Source: Candidatus Latescibacterota bacterium (GTDB taxonomy: Bacteria; Latescibacterota; UBA2968; UBA8231). Taken from it: a DNA stretch of 64,000 nt. Shown piece after piece: positions 21,331-31,450 of the stretch (positions within the stretch are counted from its first letter, which is position 1; each line of letters starts with the position of its first letter). The notes under the pieces are model-generated. The model was not told where the DNA came from, ran no database searches, and worked only from the letters and a program-made list of their open reading frames with translations. Location of the stretch: assembly GCA_965223905.1 (NCBI GenBank), contig CBDCXV010000001.1, positions 800,001-864,000 of the forward strand, read 5' to 3'. Both the position numbers and the translations under genes were made by a program.

Positions 21331-21487
21331 GCCGCCGCAATCAGGCGTCGTCCGCGCGCCGATGGGCCCGGACCGGCGCGGATCTTACCATTTGAAAGCT
21401 CAACATGGAAGTGACAGCGAGACCCTGACCGTCACGGGATGGCACGGCCTTGTACGTCAACTTCTCCAACCGCGATGAGAAAGGACC

Positions 21488-22279
21488 ATGTATCCGAATC
21501 CACTGAAGCAGAAACTGCAGGGCGGAGAGCTGGTGCTTGGGACCAGTCTGCCCGCCTTCACGCCGCAGGTCGCCGGAATGATCTGCAACGCCGGCATCGA
21601 CTTCGTCTGGATCTGTACCGAGCACTCTCCGTACTCGTTCGAGCGTCTCGACGTCATCCCCTCGCTGATCCGCCAGCGCGGGGTGGCGCCGATGATTCGC
21701 GTCGCCAACAACGACGCCGGATTGATCAAGAAGGCGTATGACGTAGGGGCCGTGGCGGTGATGGTTCCGCAGGTCGACACCCCCGCAGAGGTCGCCGCGG
21801 CGGTGGAGCACGCCCACTACCCGCCAGAGGGGAAACGCGGCATCACCCCCAACTGGCCCTGGGTAGCCGGCGTCGACTGGACCCACGTCATCCGCACGGC
21901 AAACGAGGAGACCGTCCTGATCCTCCAGCTCGAAAGCCGGGAAGCCTACGACAATCTCGACGCCATCGTCGAAGTCGGCGGTTTCGACGTCCTGCTGGTC
22001 GGGCCGATGGACCTGTCCGCTTCCGTCGGACGCATCACCGAAACCGGCTGCGACGAGGTGCAGAGCATCATGGAGGAGGTGCCCCGCAGAATCGCCGGAT
22101 CCGGCATCGTCGCCGGCACCACCCTCGGCGAGGTCGCCGAAGTCCAGGAGAAGTACCGCTGGGGGTACCGCTTCCTCAACGTCGGCAATCCGCTGGCGTA
22201 CGGCATGCAGGTGCTGAACCGGAACCTCGCGACGTTGCGCTCCGATCCGACGGGGGAAAGGGGCGTACAAGGGGGATGA
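21488..22279 (+). CDS. HpcH/HpaI aldolase family protein
   Basis: DFVWICTEHS, YPPEGKRG, LQLES and VGPMDLS motifs. Confidence 0.9.
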   Translation: MYPNPLKQKLQGGELVLGTSLPAFTPQVAGMICNAGIDFVWICTEHSPYSFERLDVIPSLIRQRGVAPMIRVANNDAGLIKKAYDVGAVAVMVPQVDTPAEVAAAVEHAHYPPEGKRGITPNWPWVAGVDWTHVIRTANEETVLILQLESREAYDNLDAIVEVGGFDVLLVGPMDLSASVGRITETGCDEVQSIMEEVPRRIAGSGIVAGTTLGEVAEVQEKYRWGYRFLNVGNPLAYGMQVLNRNLATLRSDPTGERGVQGG

Positions 22280-22364
22280 CGGGCGGCCCCGGTCCCCGGA
22301 GTTGCGGCTGGCGGGGTTCCCCGGATGCCTGAATAGCGATGAACCTCACCGGTTCAGGGGAAAA

Positions 22365-22415
22365 TGTGGAAAAAATCCCGGTATCCACAGTTGGTGTGGA
22401 TAAGATTGTGGAAAC
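22365..22415. promoter_or_regulatory. Cluster of four DnaA-box-like 9-mers
   Basis: TGTGGAAAA 22365-22373, GTATCCACA 22381-22389, perfect TGTGGATAA 22395-22403 and TGTGGAAAC 22407-22415 in an AT-richer intergenic patch. Confidence 0.65.
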
Positions 22416-22601
22416 AAATGTTGGCAGAGTGGGGTACCCGGGGGGCTCTTTCCGTTTCTACCAGAAGAGGCTGGCCAATGAGACTTCCGGCGGACGTGTT
22501 GCCCCCCTCCCCCCGATTCCAGCCGCTGCCTCGAGGAAAAAATCGCGGTTCAATCCAAACCAGATCATCTGTGCGATTTGACCCCTCGATTCCATCGCCC
22601 A

Positions 22602-22651
22602 GCGTTGCCTGCGCTCCCCGTACACCCGGTACGACTCGCTCAGGCGCCTTG
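22602..22651. repeat. REP/MITE-like element, copy 2
   Basis: gcgttg...cgtac...cggtacgactcgctcaggcgccttg aligns with 633-684. Confidence 0.6.
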
Positions 22652-22728
22652 CGAGCCGTGCGCCTCAGCGCCGGAAGTTTTCAAGTATCCGTGGGAGGCG
22701 ACACTGGCATTGAAAGGAGATTCCGCCG

Positions 22729-24096
22729 ATGACCTGCGCCTGGCATGAGATCGACCGCTACCTGATCGGCGAGGCCTGGGCCGGCTCCCGCATCGGTCCC
22801 CACCTGAAAAAGCTCTGCGACGAGATCGGCCCTCGCTGGGCATCGTCGGCTCAGGAGTGGCAGACGATCGACTACATCCGCGAGCAGTTTGCGGCCTGCG
22901 GCCTCGATGCAGGGGATGTCGAGGAGTACGAGATGGACACCTGGTCCTGGTCGGCCGCCGGGGCGACCCTTGAGGACGGCCGCGAGCTCGATCTGCTGCC
23001 GGTGATATGGTGCCCCTCGTTCGACGTCGAGGCGCCGGTGGTCGACGTCGGTTTCGGGACGGAACGCGAAATCGCTGCGGCCGCGGGTTTGCGCGGAGCC
23101 GCCGCGGTGATGGCACTCGCCCATGCGCCCTTCACGAGGCCGTCTCCCCACGCCTATCGCCTGCGCAACCTAGCCGCGGCGGGGGCGGCCGCGGCGGTCC
23201 TCATCGACGTCAAGGAGGGGGGGCGCAAGGAGTACCATAGCGCCAACGACCTCAAGGATCCTGATTTTCCCAATCCGCCGCTCCCCGCAGTCACCGTCTC
23301 CAGGGAAGAGGGGCGGTTGCTGCGCAGACAGGCCGGCGCGCGTCTGCACCTGCGCGCCGAGACCAACACCTTCCGGGCTCCGTCCGCCAACGTCGTCGGC
23401 GAGCTCGAGGGAGCCGGAGCGGGCGGCGAACATCTCGTCCTCGGCGCCCACCACGATACCGTGTACGGGGCCCCGGGCGGCAACGACAACTCCTCCGGAG
23501 TCATCGCCGTTCTCGAGACGGCGCGGGTGCTGGCCCGGTTGCGCCGCGAAACCGGCGAGGCTCCGGGATGCTCCCTGCGTTTCGTCACCTACAGCGCCGA
23601 GGAGCAGCGCTTTCAGGGATCCTTCGCCTTCGTCAACAGCCACTACGGGCAGGAGAGGCCGCCGCGGCTGGCACTCAACCTCGATGAGCTGAGCACCGGG
23701 CACATGAAGGGGGTCGTCCTCGGCTTCCCCCACCTGCAGCCGCTCCTGCAGCGGCAGCTCGACGACATGGGGGAAGGCCACCAGTGCCACGTCATGTCAC
23801 AGCTCGACGCCACTTCCGACCACTTCCCCTACCTGGCTGCAGGGCTCGATGCGGGGCACCTGTGGCGCTGGCGGTTCGTCGGCCGCCACGGCGATTCCGA
23901 CTTCCATCACGAGCCGGGAGACAGTGCCGACAAGCTGAACGTCCGGGAACTGAAGGAGTACGTCGCCCACCTGGCGCGGCTGCTGCTGCGGCTGTCACGG
24001 GTGCCGGCGTCGGAGTGGCCGCCGAATCCGGTGACCCCGGAGGAAGTCGCGGCCCGTCTCGAGCGCGAGCGCGGGTCGGTGGTCAGGGTGTTCTGA
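22729..24096 (+). CDS. M28 family metallopeptidase with a PA-like insert
   Basis: GAHHDT, GGNDNSSG, SAEEQ, NLDE, SDHFPY and terminal His (FHHEPGD). Confidence 0.88.
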   Translation: MTCAWHEIDRYLIGEAWAGSRIGPHLKKLCDEIGPRWASSAQEWQTIDYIREQFAACGLDAGDVEEYEMDTWSWSAAGATLEDGRELDLLPVIWCPSFDVEAPVVDVGFGTEREIAAAAGLRGAAAVMALAHAPFTRPSPHAYRLRNLAAAGAAAAVLIDVKEGGRKEYHSANDLKDPDFPNPPLPAVTVSREEGRLLRRQAGARLHLRAETNTFRAPSANVVGELEGAGAGGEHLVLGAHHDTVYGAPGGNDNSSGVIAVLETARVLARLRRETGEAPGCSLRFVTYSAEEQRFQGSFAFVNSHYGQERPPRLALNLDELSTGHMKGVVLGFPHLQPLLQRQLDDMGEGHQCHVMSQLDATSDHFPYLAAGLDAGHLWRWRFVGRHGDSDFHHEPGDSADKLNVRELKEYVAHLARLLLRLSRVPASEWPPNPVTPEEVAARLERERGSVVRVF

Positions 24097-24129
24097 AGCC
24101 GGCGGGGCCGACAAAGGTCCCCCGCCCTT

Positions 24130-25590
24130 TCAGCGGGTGCTTTTTCCGGCGAGGACGAACCAGATCGTCCGCAGCATGATCTTGAAATCTAGAGCGAGGG
24201 ACACGTTCTCGATGTAGTACAGATCGTACTCCAGGCGCTCCTGGGCGATTCCGTGCAGATCCTTCGAGTCGAGATCGAACTGGTGCTTCGACTGGGCCCA
24301 TCCGAGCAGGCCCGGCTTGACGTTGAAGCGGCGCATGTAGAACGGGATCTCGCGGGCGAACTGGTCGACGAAGAAGGGCCGCTCCGGGCGCGGGCCGACC
24401 AGGCTCATGTCCCCCTTGAGGAAATTGATGCACTGCGGGATCTCGTCGAGATGCAGAGCCCGCAAAAGGCGGCCGATGGGGGTGCTCCTCGGATCGTCGC
24501 TTCCTGCCCAGACCGGCCCGGTTTTCTCTTCGGCGTCGACCCGCATCGAGCGGAACTTGTACATCGTGAACACCCGGCCGCCGCGGCCTACGCGCTCCTG
24601 ACGGAACAGCACCGGTCCCGGGGAGTTCATCTTGATGGCGACCGCGGTCAGGAGCCAGACCGGCAGCAGGCCGCCAAGTACGATGAGGGCGACAGCGACG
24701 TCGATCAAGCGCTTGGCCGCCTCCTGCCAGGGAGCCATCAGCCGGGGCTTCAGCTCCATCAGAGGCATGCCAAAGATCTGGTTCGTGCGCACGTGCCCGG
24801 TGACGATGTCGTACAGATCCGGGGTGATGCTGAACGACACCGGCTGGTCGCCGGCGGCTTCTACGATCTCGAGGATTTCCTCGTGGGTGTTGGAGCGCAG
24901 AGCGATCAGCACCGCCTGTACGGAGCGTTCGCGCAGGATGCGGTCGAGATCTTCGACCTGACCCAGCACCGGGACGTCTCCGACCGACGAACGCTCCGCG
25001 TCGTTGCGGGCGCGCACGAAGCCGATGACGTCGTGGACGAGCACGGACCGCGAGCGCAGATCCTGCAGAAGCCTCTCGCCGCGCTCGTCGGTGCCGACGA
25101 TCAGCGCCTTCTGGCGGCCGATCCCGGAAATCAGCAGGTGGCGCTGGATAGACCGCAGTGCGAAGCGGCCCCCCCCGACCAGGCAGACCATGGAGAACCA
25201 GTACGACACGAGAAGGAAACGCGTGAAGGAAAAGCCGCTCTCGAGGTCGAAGGTGGCGATCAGCAGCAGCAGGAATCCCGTTGTCACCACCTTGATTACG
25301 GCGAAGGTCTCATCGAGACGGGACAGCGGCTGCTCCAGGCGGTACATCCCGGAGAAGATGAACAGAACCAGCCAGCAGCAGTACACCAGCGGCAGGGCGT
25401 CGTAACTGTAATACTGCAGGGCGAAGGAGAACGGCATCCCCCCGTCGACGCCGGCTTGCTCCTGCCAGGCGGCTGCGGCGCCGGCAAGCTTTCCGCCGGC
25501 GAACCGCAGCCAAAGGAGGGCCACGGTCGCCAGGTTGATGGCGACGAGATCGCAGGCGAGAAGCAGCAGCTTTTCCTGGATTTTCGGCAT
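24130..25590 (-). CDS. Undecaprenyl-phosphate sugar phosphotransferase (WcaJ/WbaP-like)
   Basis: KRLIDV, YKFRSM, LDEIPQ, GDMSLVGPRPE, KPGLLGWAQ and DLYYI motifs; N-terminal TM helices. Confidence 0.93.
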   Translation of the reverse strand: MPKIQEKLLLLACDLVAINLATVALLWLRFAGGKLAGAAAAWQEQAGVDGGMPFSFALQYYSYDALPLVYCCWLVLFIFSGMYRLEQPLSRLDETFAVIKVVTTGFLLLLIATFDLESGFSFTRFLLVSYWFSMVCLVGGGRFALRSIQRHLLISGIGRQKALIVGTDERGERLLQDLRSRSVLVHDVIGFVRARNDAERSSVGDVPVLGQVEDLDRILRERSVQAVLIALRSNTHEEILEIVEAAGDQPVSFSITPDLYDIVTGHVRTNQIFGMPLMELKPRLMAPWQEAAKRLIDVAVALIVLGGLLPVWLLTAVAIKMNSPGPVLFRQERVGRGGRVFTMYKFRSMRVDAEEKTGPVWAGSDDPRSTPIGRLLRALHLDEIPQCINFLKGDMSLVGPRPERPFFVDQFAREIPFYMRRFNVKPGLLGWAQSKHQFDLDSKDLHGIAQERLEYDLYYIENVSLALDFKIMLRTIWFVLAGKSTR

Positions 25591-25636
25591 CGCGGTTACT
25601 GGTTGCTCCGCCCGGGGACGGGCAGCTCCGGAGCGG

Positions 25637-26974
25637 TCAAGAGCGGATTACGCCCAGGACTTCGTCGCGCCTGGCAGTCATCGTCTCCTGCGACCTGCCT
25701 TCCAGGTTCAGCCTCAACAGCGGCTCGGTGTTGGAGGGCCGAACGTTGAAGTGCCAGTCGTCGAAGCTGACCGAGATGCCGTCGATGTACTCGATCTCGC
25801 CTTCGCCGTAGCGTTCGGCCAGCTCGGCGATCTTGGCCTGCGGGTCGGCCACCTCGGAGTTGATCTCCCCTGAGATGAAGTAGCCGGACTCGAAGGGAGC
25901 CAGCAGCCGTGACAGCTTGCCCCGCAGCGACAGGAGCTCGAGCAACAGCAGCGAAGGCAGGAGGCCGGAATCGGCGCCGAAGAAATCGCGGAAGTAGAAA
26001 TGGCCGCTCAACTCGCCGGCGAAGACCGCCCCCTCTTCGAACATGCGCGGCTTGATGAAGGCGTGGCCGACGCGCTCGACGAGGGCCTCCCCGCCGGCGG
26101 CGGAGATGAAGTCCCGTACCGCCCAGGAGCAACGCACGTCGTAGAGGATCCGGGATCCCGGGTGGCGCTCCAGCAGATACCCTCCCATCAGCGCGGTCAG
26201 GAAATCGCCCGGCACGAACTGCCCGCGGTCGTCGATGACGAAGAAGCGGTCGCCGTCGCCGTCGAAGGCAAACCCGACGTCGGCCTGCTCTTCCCGCACC
26301 CGCCGCACCAGGTCGGCGCGGTTCTCCTCCTGCATGGGGTCGAGTCCGTGGTTCGGCAGGCGGCCGTCCGGTTCGAGGTACATCCCGATCAGCTCGACCG
26401 GCAGGGGTTCGTACACCCGCTCGAGGATGGGGCCGACCATGCCGTTTGCCGTATCGGCGACCACCTTCAGCGGCCGCAGCCGGCTGGGATCGATGAGGCC
26501 GAGGAGCTTGTCGACGAACTGGGAGCTGAGGTCGATCCGGCGCACATCACCCCGCCGCGTCGCCGAAGCATAGCTCTCGTTTTCGACGATTCTCCGCAGG
26601 TCCTGAATGCCGGCCTCGCCGCTGAGCAGGTAGGGCATGTCGCGCACCATCTTGAAGCCGGAGTAGGCCGCGGGGTTGTGCGACGCGGTGACCATCATCC
26701 CCGGCCTGCCGAGGGTGGCGCAGGCGAAGTAGTACTGATCGGTGCCGACCATGCCGAGATCGATGACGTCGGCGCCTTGCCGTCTCAGACCATTGACGAC
26801 GGCTTCGAATATCGTTGGACTGGACAGGCGCATGTCGCGGCCTACGACGACCTCATGCGCCTGCAGGAAGGTCGCGAAGGCGCGTCCGATCGCTTCGGCG
26901 GCCTCCTCGTTCAGCTGTTCCGGGTAGATGCCGCGGATGTCGTACGCTTTGAAAATCGACGGGTCAACTTGCAT
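25637..26974 (-). CDS. manB: Phosphomannomutase/phosphoglucomutase
   Basis: FKAYDIRG, TASHNP, FDGDGDR, GELSGH and RPSNTEP motifs. Confidence 0.93.
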   Translation of the reverse strand: MQVDPSIFKAYDIRGIYPEQLNEEAAEAIGRAFATFLQAHEVVVGRDMRLSSPTIFEAVVNGLRRQGADVIDLGMVGTDQYYFACATLGRPGMMVTASHNPAAYSGFKMVRDMPYLLSGEAGIQDLRRIVENESYASATRRGDVRRIDLSSQFVDKLLGLIDPSRLRPLKVVADTANGMVGPILERVYEPLPVELIGMYLEPDGRLPNHGLDPMQEENRADLVRRVREEQADVGFAFDGDGDRFFVIDDRGQFVPGDFLTALMGGYLLERHPGSRILYDVRCSWAVRDFISAAGGEALVERVGHAFIKPRMFEEGAVFAGELSGHFYFRDFFGADSGLLPSLLLLELLSLRGKLSRLLAPFESGYFISGEINSEVADPQAKIAELAERYGEGEIEYIDGISVSFDDWHFNVRPSNTEPLLRLNLEGRSQETMTARRDEVLGVIRS

Positions 26975-27028
26975 GAGACCTGGGGCGGGAAGAAGCGCCT
27001 CGCGCCGGCTCTTCGACGCGCGCAGGCA

Positions 27029-28093
27029 CTAGGCGAATCTGGAGACCGTGACGTCGAGGTGGCGGACGCCGCATTCCGGACGGTGATGCTCAACGAGAAT
27101 GGGGGTCTGGTAGGTGCCTTGGACGATCCGCTGGGGTCCTGTCTCGCTGCTGGAGGAGACCAGCAGGCTGATCGATCTCTTGAGGAGGAGGCGGTAGGCA
27201 GGCGTCGACAGCACGGAAATAATCCGGTCGACAACGGAGCGGCCGGTCGGGAGTATGTCCATGAACTCGTTGTAGAGGCGAATCAGGTCGTAGGTCGCGT
27301 GATCCCGCGTCTTCTCCGGGATGGCGCTCGGTTTCCCGAGCAGCTTGCGGCCTCGCCGCACCATGTAGCGCAGTGGATCGGCAAGTACTGCGGGCAGGTC
27401 CTTGCGGATCAGCAGAGTTTCGTATTCGTTGACGGTGAGGCCGGCGTTCTTTTCCCCTGGCGCCATGTGGATCTCGATCCGGCCTTTGTCGATTCCGAAT
27501 CGGTCGAGCCACTCCTCGAACTGTTGAAACAACCCGTAGCGCGGATCTTTCAGGTTGTGGGATTCGATCGGGTGATCGGCAGCGACGGGCAGCGCCAGGC
27601 GTTCGCGGTGGACGACCTGCTCGTCGTTGTATCCGAGCACCGTGGTGTGACGCCGGCGAACGATTTCCTTGTAGATACCATCGAGCTCGACGAAGTACAC
27701 TGGTTCGTCCGGTTTGTGGAGATAGGTCACGCAGTTCTTGAGGCCGGCGCTCATGAAGGTGAGATGGGAATCGGCGTTTACCGGTTCAGTCTGCTTCTGC
27801 GAATCGCTCAACTCGTCGCGCAGCTGCATGCGGTCGTGGAAATACCCGGCGTCGTGGGGGAATATTCGCTGCAGAATTCGGAAGAAAGGGGCCAGCTGTT
27901 TCCGGCTGTGCCCCAGGCGTGCACAAAATCCCTGCTCGAGATAGCCGGCGGTGGTGTGCAACGAACAGTAGACGGCTTTGCGGAAGGCATCGAGTGCGTC
28001 GCCGGCCTCTTCGCGTACGTGTTCGGATACGTCGATCAGCTGAAAGCGGGAGGTCGGGATTAGATCGAGGTTGATTTCGAGGGGTTGCCCCAT
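27029..28093 (-). CDS. Hypothetical protein with two apparent YjbQ/UPF0047-like domains
   Basis: HTTAG, YFHD, NADSHL and FVELDG in the N-half; AGLTVNE and QGTYQ in the C-half. Confidence 0.65.
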   Translation of the reverse strand: MGQPLEINLDLIPTSRFQLIDVSEHVREEAGDALDAFRKAVYCSLHTTAGYLEQGFCARLGHSRKQLAPFFRILQRIFPHDAGYFHDRMQLRDELSDSQKQTEPVNADSHLTFMSAGLKNCVTYLHKPDEPVYFVELDGIYKEIVRRRHTTVLGYNDEQVVHRERLALPVAADHPIESHNLKDPRYGLFQQFEEWLDRFGIDKGRIEIHMAPGEKNAGLTVNEYETLLIRKDLPAVLADPLRYMVRRGRKLLGKPSAIPEKTRDHATYDLIRLYNEFMDILPTGRSVVDRIISVLSTPAYRLLLKRSISLLVSSSSETGPQRIVQGTYQTPILVEHHRPECGVRHLDVTVSRFA

Positions 28094-28224
28094 GATTCGG
28101 GATGAAAGTGGTGCGATCGGAACAGCAGAAAAACGAGGGCTTGTTCAATGTCTAAACATAATACACGACCACATTTAAGGGACGCAACCAGGAAAGGCCA
28201 GTTGCTCCCGGGGGAGAATTCCGC

Positions 28225-28728
28225 ATGCCTGCCCTGTACGTATTGCGTCATGCCAAGTCCGATTGGGGGGTTCCCGGGACCAGTGATTTCGGGCGGCCAC
28301 TCAACAAGCGGGGAATGAAGGACGTTCCCCGGGTCGGCCGCGCCCTGCAGAGAACAGGGCTCCTTCCGCAGCGGGTGATCACATCCCCGGCGGCGCGGGC
28401 GCTGGCGACAGCCGAAGGAATCGCCGCCGGGCTGACCCCGGCGCCCGAGGTGGTTCCCGATGAGCGTCTCTACCACGCCGGTCCGCACGCCTCGAGCGCC
28501 GTGGTAGCCGAACTCGGCGCCGGCGCCTTGTGTATCATGGCGGTGGCACACAACCCCGGCATGGAGGAGTGGATCGAAATGCTGTGTGGAGCCTCGGTGC
28601 GGCTGCCGACCGGCGGCCTTGCCCGGATCGAGCTGGAGGTCGGCGACTGGTCGGAACTGAAGGGAGCGCGAGGGGAGCTTGAGTGGCTGGTAACCCCCCG
28701 GTTGCTGAAGGGGATGGGAGTCAGGTAG
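28225..28728 (+). CDS. sixA: SixA-like histidine phosphatase
   Basis: LRHAKS, RPLNKRG, SPAARA and AHNPG motifs. Confidence 0.85.
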   Translation: MPALYVLRHAKSDWGVPGTSDFGRPLNKRGMKDVPRVGRALQRTGLLPQRVITSPAARALATAEGIAAGLTPAPEVVPDERLYHAGPHASSAVVAELGAGALCIMAVAHNPGMEEWIEMLCGASVRLPTGGLARIELEVGDWSELKGARGELEWLVTPRLLKGMGVR

Positions 28729-28745
28729 GCCGGTGCGGCCTGGGA

Positions 28746-29711
28746 CTAGCGCTTGTAGTCCTCGATTATTCGCCCCAGTGCCTCATCCAGGTCGACCTTG
28801 GGATCGTACCCGACGAGGGAGCGGATTTTCTCCAGGTCCGGGGCGCGGTACGACAGGTCCTCGTAGCGCCCGTTACGGCGGGTCTGGTCGTAGGGAGTGA
28901 ACTGGATCTCCGATTCGCTTCCGGTGAGATCTTTGATCTTGAAAGCGAGATCCTTGATGCTGCTCTCGAAATTCGATCCCAGGTTGACGATCTCGCCGAT
29001 AGCATTGGCGCTGAGGGCGAGCCCGACGAACCCGTCGATGGCGTCATCGATGTAGGTCCAGCAGCGGCGCTGCTCACCGCTGTCGTACACAGTGATCGGG
29101 TGACCGAGAACCGCCTGCTTGATCAGGCGCGGAACTACCATGCCGAAATGCCCCGTCTGGCGCGGGCCGATCACGTTGAAGGGCCGTACGATGACTATCG
29201 GCAACCGCTTTTCCTTCCAGTATGCCAGAGCCAGAAGCTCGTCGACCGCCTTGGTCGTCGAATAGCTCCAACGCACGACCGTTGTAGGTCCCAGAATGCG
29301 GTCGCTGTCCTCCCGGAACGGAACGTTGCCGTTTTTCTTGCCGTAGATCTCCGAAGTCGAGGCGAGGATGACCTTTTTCTTCTTCTCGTTTGCGAGCTCA
29401 AGGACGTGTTCGGTACCGCGGATGTTGGTAGCGAGCGTTTGCAGCGGATTCTCGAGCACGTATTCCACCCCGACGGCCGCGGCGAGGTGGTAGATCATGT
29501 CGCAGCTGTCCACCAGGGGGCGCAACGACTCGAAATTGAGAATGTCGTCAATTTTGCAGGTGAATCTGTCGTGGCCCTCGAGATGCTGAACGTTGGTGAT
29601 GTCGCTGGTGGAGAGATTGTCGATGACCGCCACCTCATCTCCCATCTGCAGATGTCGCTCTGCGAGATGGGAGCCGATGAATCCGGCCCCTCCCGTTATC
29701 AGTATTCTCAT
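28746..29711 (-). CDS. NAD-dependent nucleotide-sugar epimerase/dehydratase
   Basis: GGAGFIGSHL, HLAAAVGV, STSEIYG and YSTTK (YxxxK). Confidence 0.92.
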   Translation of the reverse strand: MRILITGGAGFIGSHLAERHLQMGDEVAVIDNLSTSDITNVQHLEGHDRFTCKIDDILNFESLRPLVDSCDMIYHLAAAVGVEYVLENPLQTLATNIRGTEHVLELANEKKKKVILASTSEIYGKKNGNVPFREDSDRILGPTTVVRWSYSTTKAVDELLALAYWKEKRLPIVIVRPFNVIGPRQTGHFGMVVPRLIKQAVLGHPITVYDSGEQRRCWTYIDDAIDGFVGLALSANAIGEIVNLGSNFESSIKDLAFKIKDLTGSESEIQFTPYDQTRRNGRYEDLSYRAPDLEKIRSLVGYDPKVDLDEALGRIIEDYKR

Positions 29712-29716
29712 ATGCG

Positions 29717-30370
29717 TCAGCGCGCCGTCGCGTGAACGAAGTAATCCCGACTCAGCCGGGTAACGGCGATGTCGGTCCAGCCGGCGGCCATCATCGTTTC
29801 CATCACTTGTTTCTCGTCGTAAAAGTAGACGGGACAGCGCCTCGAGGTCAGTCGCAGCCACCGCGGCAGCGAGCGCAATGTCCAGCGAATCGGGAAGCTG
29901 AAAACCCCTTGCCCGGTCGTCACCCCGCGCATTTTGGCAAGTACGTCATGAGGATCTGAAATGTAATCAAATAAGCCGATACCGAGGGAAATATCGAATC
30001 GGTCCGGTGCCTGCCAATCTGTGAAGTCGGCCGTTTCCAGCCGGGTCCGCCCGCTGACGCCGGCTTCGACGGCGGCGGCGCGGGCGATTTCTATCATGGC
30101 CGGTGCGAGGTCGAGGCCCACGACCTCTGCTCCCCGCCGCGCAAATTCGACAACGTAACGTCCGGAGCCGCAACCCACCTCGAGAACCCGTTTACCCGCC
30201 ACGGCCCCGCAATATTCGAAAGTCAAGGCAAATCGTCTGTGGATGACGCGGTGAAAGAGCAGGTCGACGATTTGCTGGGGAAATTTCTTCCGATCCTCGT
30301 AGATCGCGTCGAAACGCTTCGCTTCGCCGTCGAAGTAGCGCCGAACCAGGTCTGCAGAGGTGAACTCCAT
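29717..30370 (-). CDS. Class I SAM-dependent methyltransferase
   Basis: VLEVGCGSG motif I; acidic GLD motif. Confidence 0.88.
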   Translation of the reverse strand: MEFTSADLVRRYFDGEAKRFDAIYEDRKKFPQQIVDLLFHRVIHRRFALTFEYCGAVAGKRVLEVGCGSGRYVVEFARRGAEVVGLDLAPAMIEIARAAAVEAGVSGRTRLETADFTDWQAPDRFDISLGIGLFDYISDPHDVLAKMRGVTTGQGVFSFPIRWTLRSLPRWLRLTSRRCPVYFYDEKQVMETMMAAGWTDIAVTRLSRDYFVHATAR

Positions 30371-30381
30371 GGTCGGGTCTT

Positions 30382-31233
30382 TCACACCGCCTCCTGTGGC
30401 CTCTGCGGACTTTCCCGGATATCCGTTACTCCGAGAACTTGGCTCACCGTGCCGAACCGGAAGTCCTGCAGCAGGTTCCGCAGGCGAGAGACTGTCTGGC
30501 TCAGGCCCCGGTAATGGGGAACGCGGATACGGGCGGCCAAGTTCAAACGCGGATGATCGGGATCGAGTTCCCACGGATGGATGTAAAACACGGCAGCCTG
30601 CCCGGATCGATTGATCCGCCGCAGGCCGAACCTCGTCAAAGTATAAGGAAATAACCTGAAATAGGCACCTCCGGCGATCGGTATGTTGCGCCCTCCGAGG
30701 CGGTAGGTGGAGAGGGGAAACTCGATCAATCCGGGGCGAATCCGATGGATTTCTCTCGGGGCTCCGGGGAAGCCGTAGCGGTAGTTGGCAACCGGAAAGA
30801 GGCTGGAATCGAAACGGATGCCGCATTCGCAAAGAACCTCGAGGGCCCACTCCGATTGCGGGGTTATCGAGAAATAGGGGGCTCGGTGGCCGACGACCGG
30901 GGCCGCGGCGAGAGGTTCGAGGATGGCGATCGATCGCTTCAGATCCTCCCGGAAGCTGTCCGGGGTCAGCTTGTATACGAACTGGTGGCCGTACCCATGG
31001 GTGGCGATCTCGTGGCCGAGGCCCGTGATCTCGCGAATCAGCCCGGGAGCCCGCTCTGCGGCGTATCCGAGGACGAAAAAGGTGGCCCGGACCTCGGCTT
31101 CGTCGAGCAGACCGAGGAGCCGCCGGGTGCCGATCTCGATGCGGTCCTCGTACCCTTCCCACTGGTCGCAGTCGATCTCGAGCCCCTGGTACCAGTCCTC
31201 GAGATCGACGGTGAATGCGTTGAGCACGGTCAC
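30382..31233 (-). CDS. Polysaccharide deacetylase with DUF3473 (XrtA-system type)
   Basis: TVDLEDW, ATFFVLG, HEIATHGYGH, GGAYFR and YIHPWELD motifs. Confidence 0.9.
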   Translation of the reverse strand: MTVLNAFTVDLEDWYQGLEIDCDQWEGYEDRIEIGTRRLLGLLDEAEVRATFFVLGYAAERAPGLIREITGLGHEIATHGYGHQFVYKLTPDSFREDLKRSIAILEPLAAAPVVGHRAPYFSITPQSEWALEVLCECGIRFDSSLFPVANYRYGFPGAPREIHRIRPGLIEFPLSTYRLGGRNIPIAGGAYFRLFPYTLTRFGLRRINRSGQAAVFYIHPWELDPDHPRLNLAARIRVPHYRGLSQTVSRLRNLLQDFRFGTVSQVLGVTDIRESPQRPQEAV

Positions 31234-31450
31234 CTTCCGCGGCCGGTGGGATGATCCGATTTCCCGTCAGGTTCCTGTGCCGAGGGGGTCGAATGCGGGG
31301 ATGGCGCGGTCGGATGGGGATGTGATGATTTGCCGCTGCTTCCCCGGGGTTCGCGTTCCGGAAGGTACCGGGATACCCTGGAACAGCTGTTTGCCGCCGG
31401 GAATCCGTGCCGGGAGACGGAGAGAACGGACATCGGGGGCGCCGCCGGTT

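Noticed and set aside
30382-31233. Exosortase/PEP-CTERM system suggested by the XrtA-type deacetylase
   Set aside because: No exosortase or PEP-CTERM protein is visible in the window
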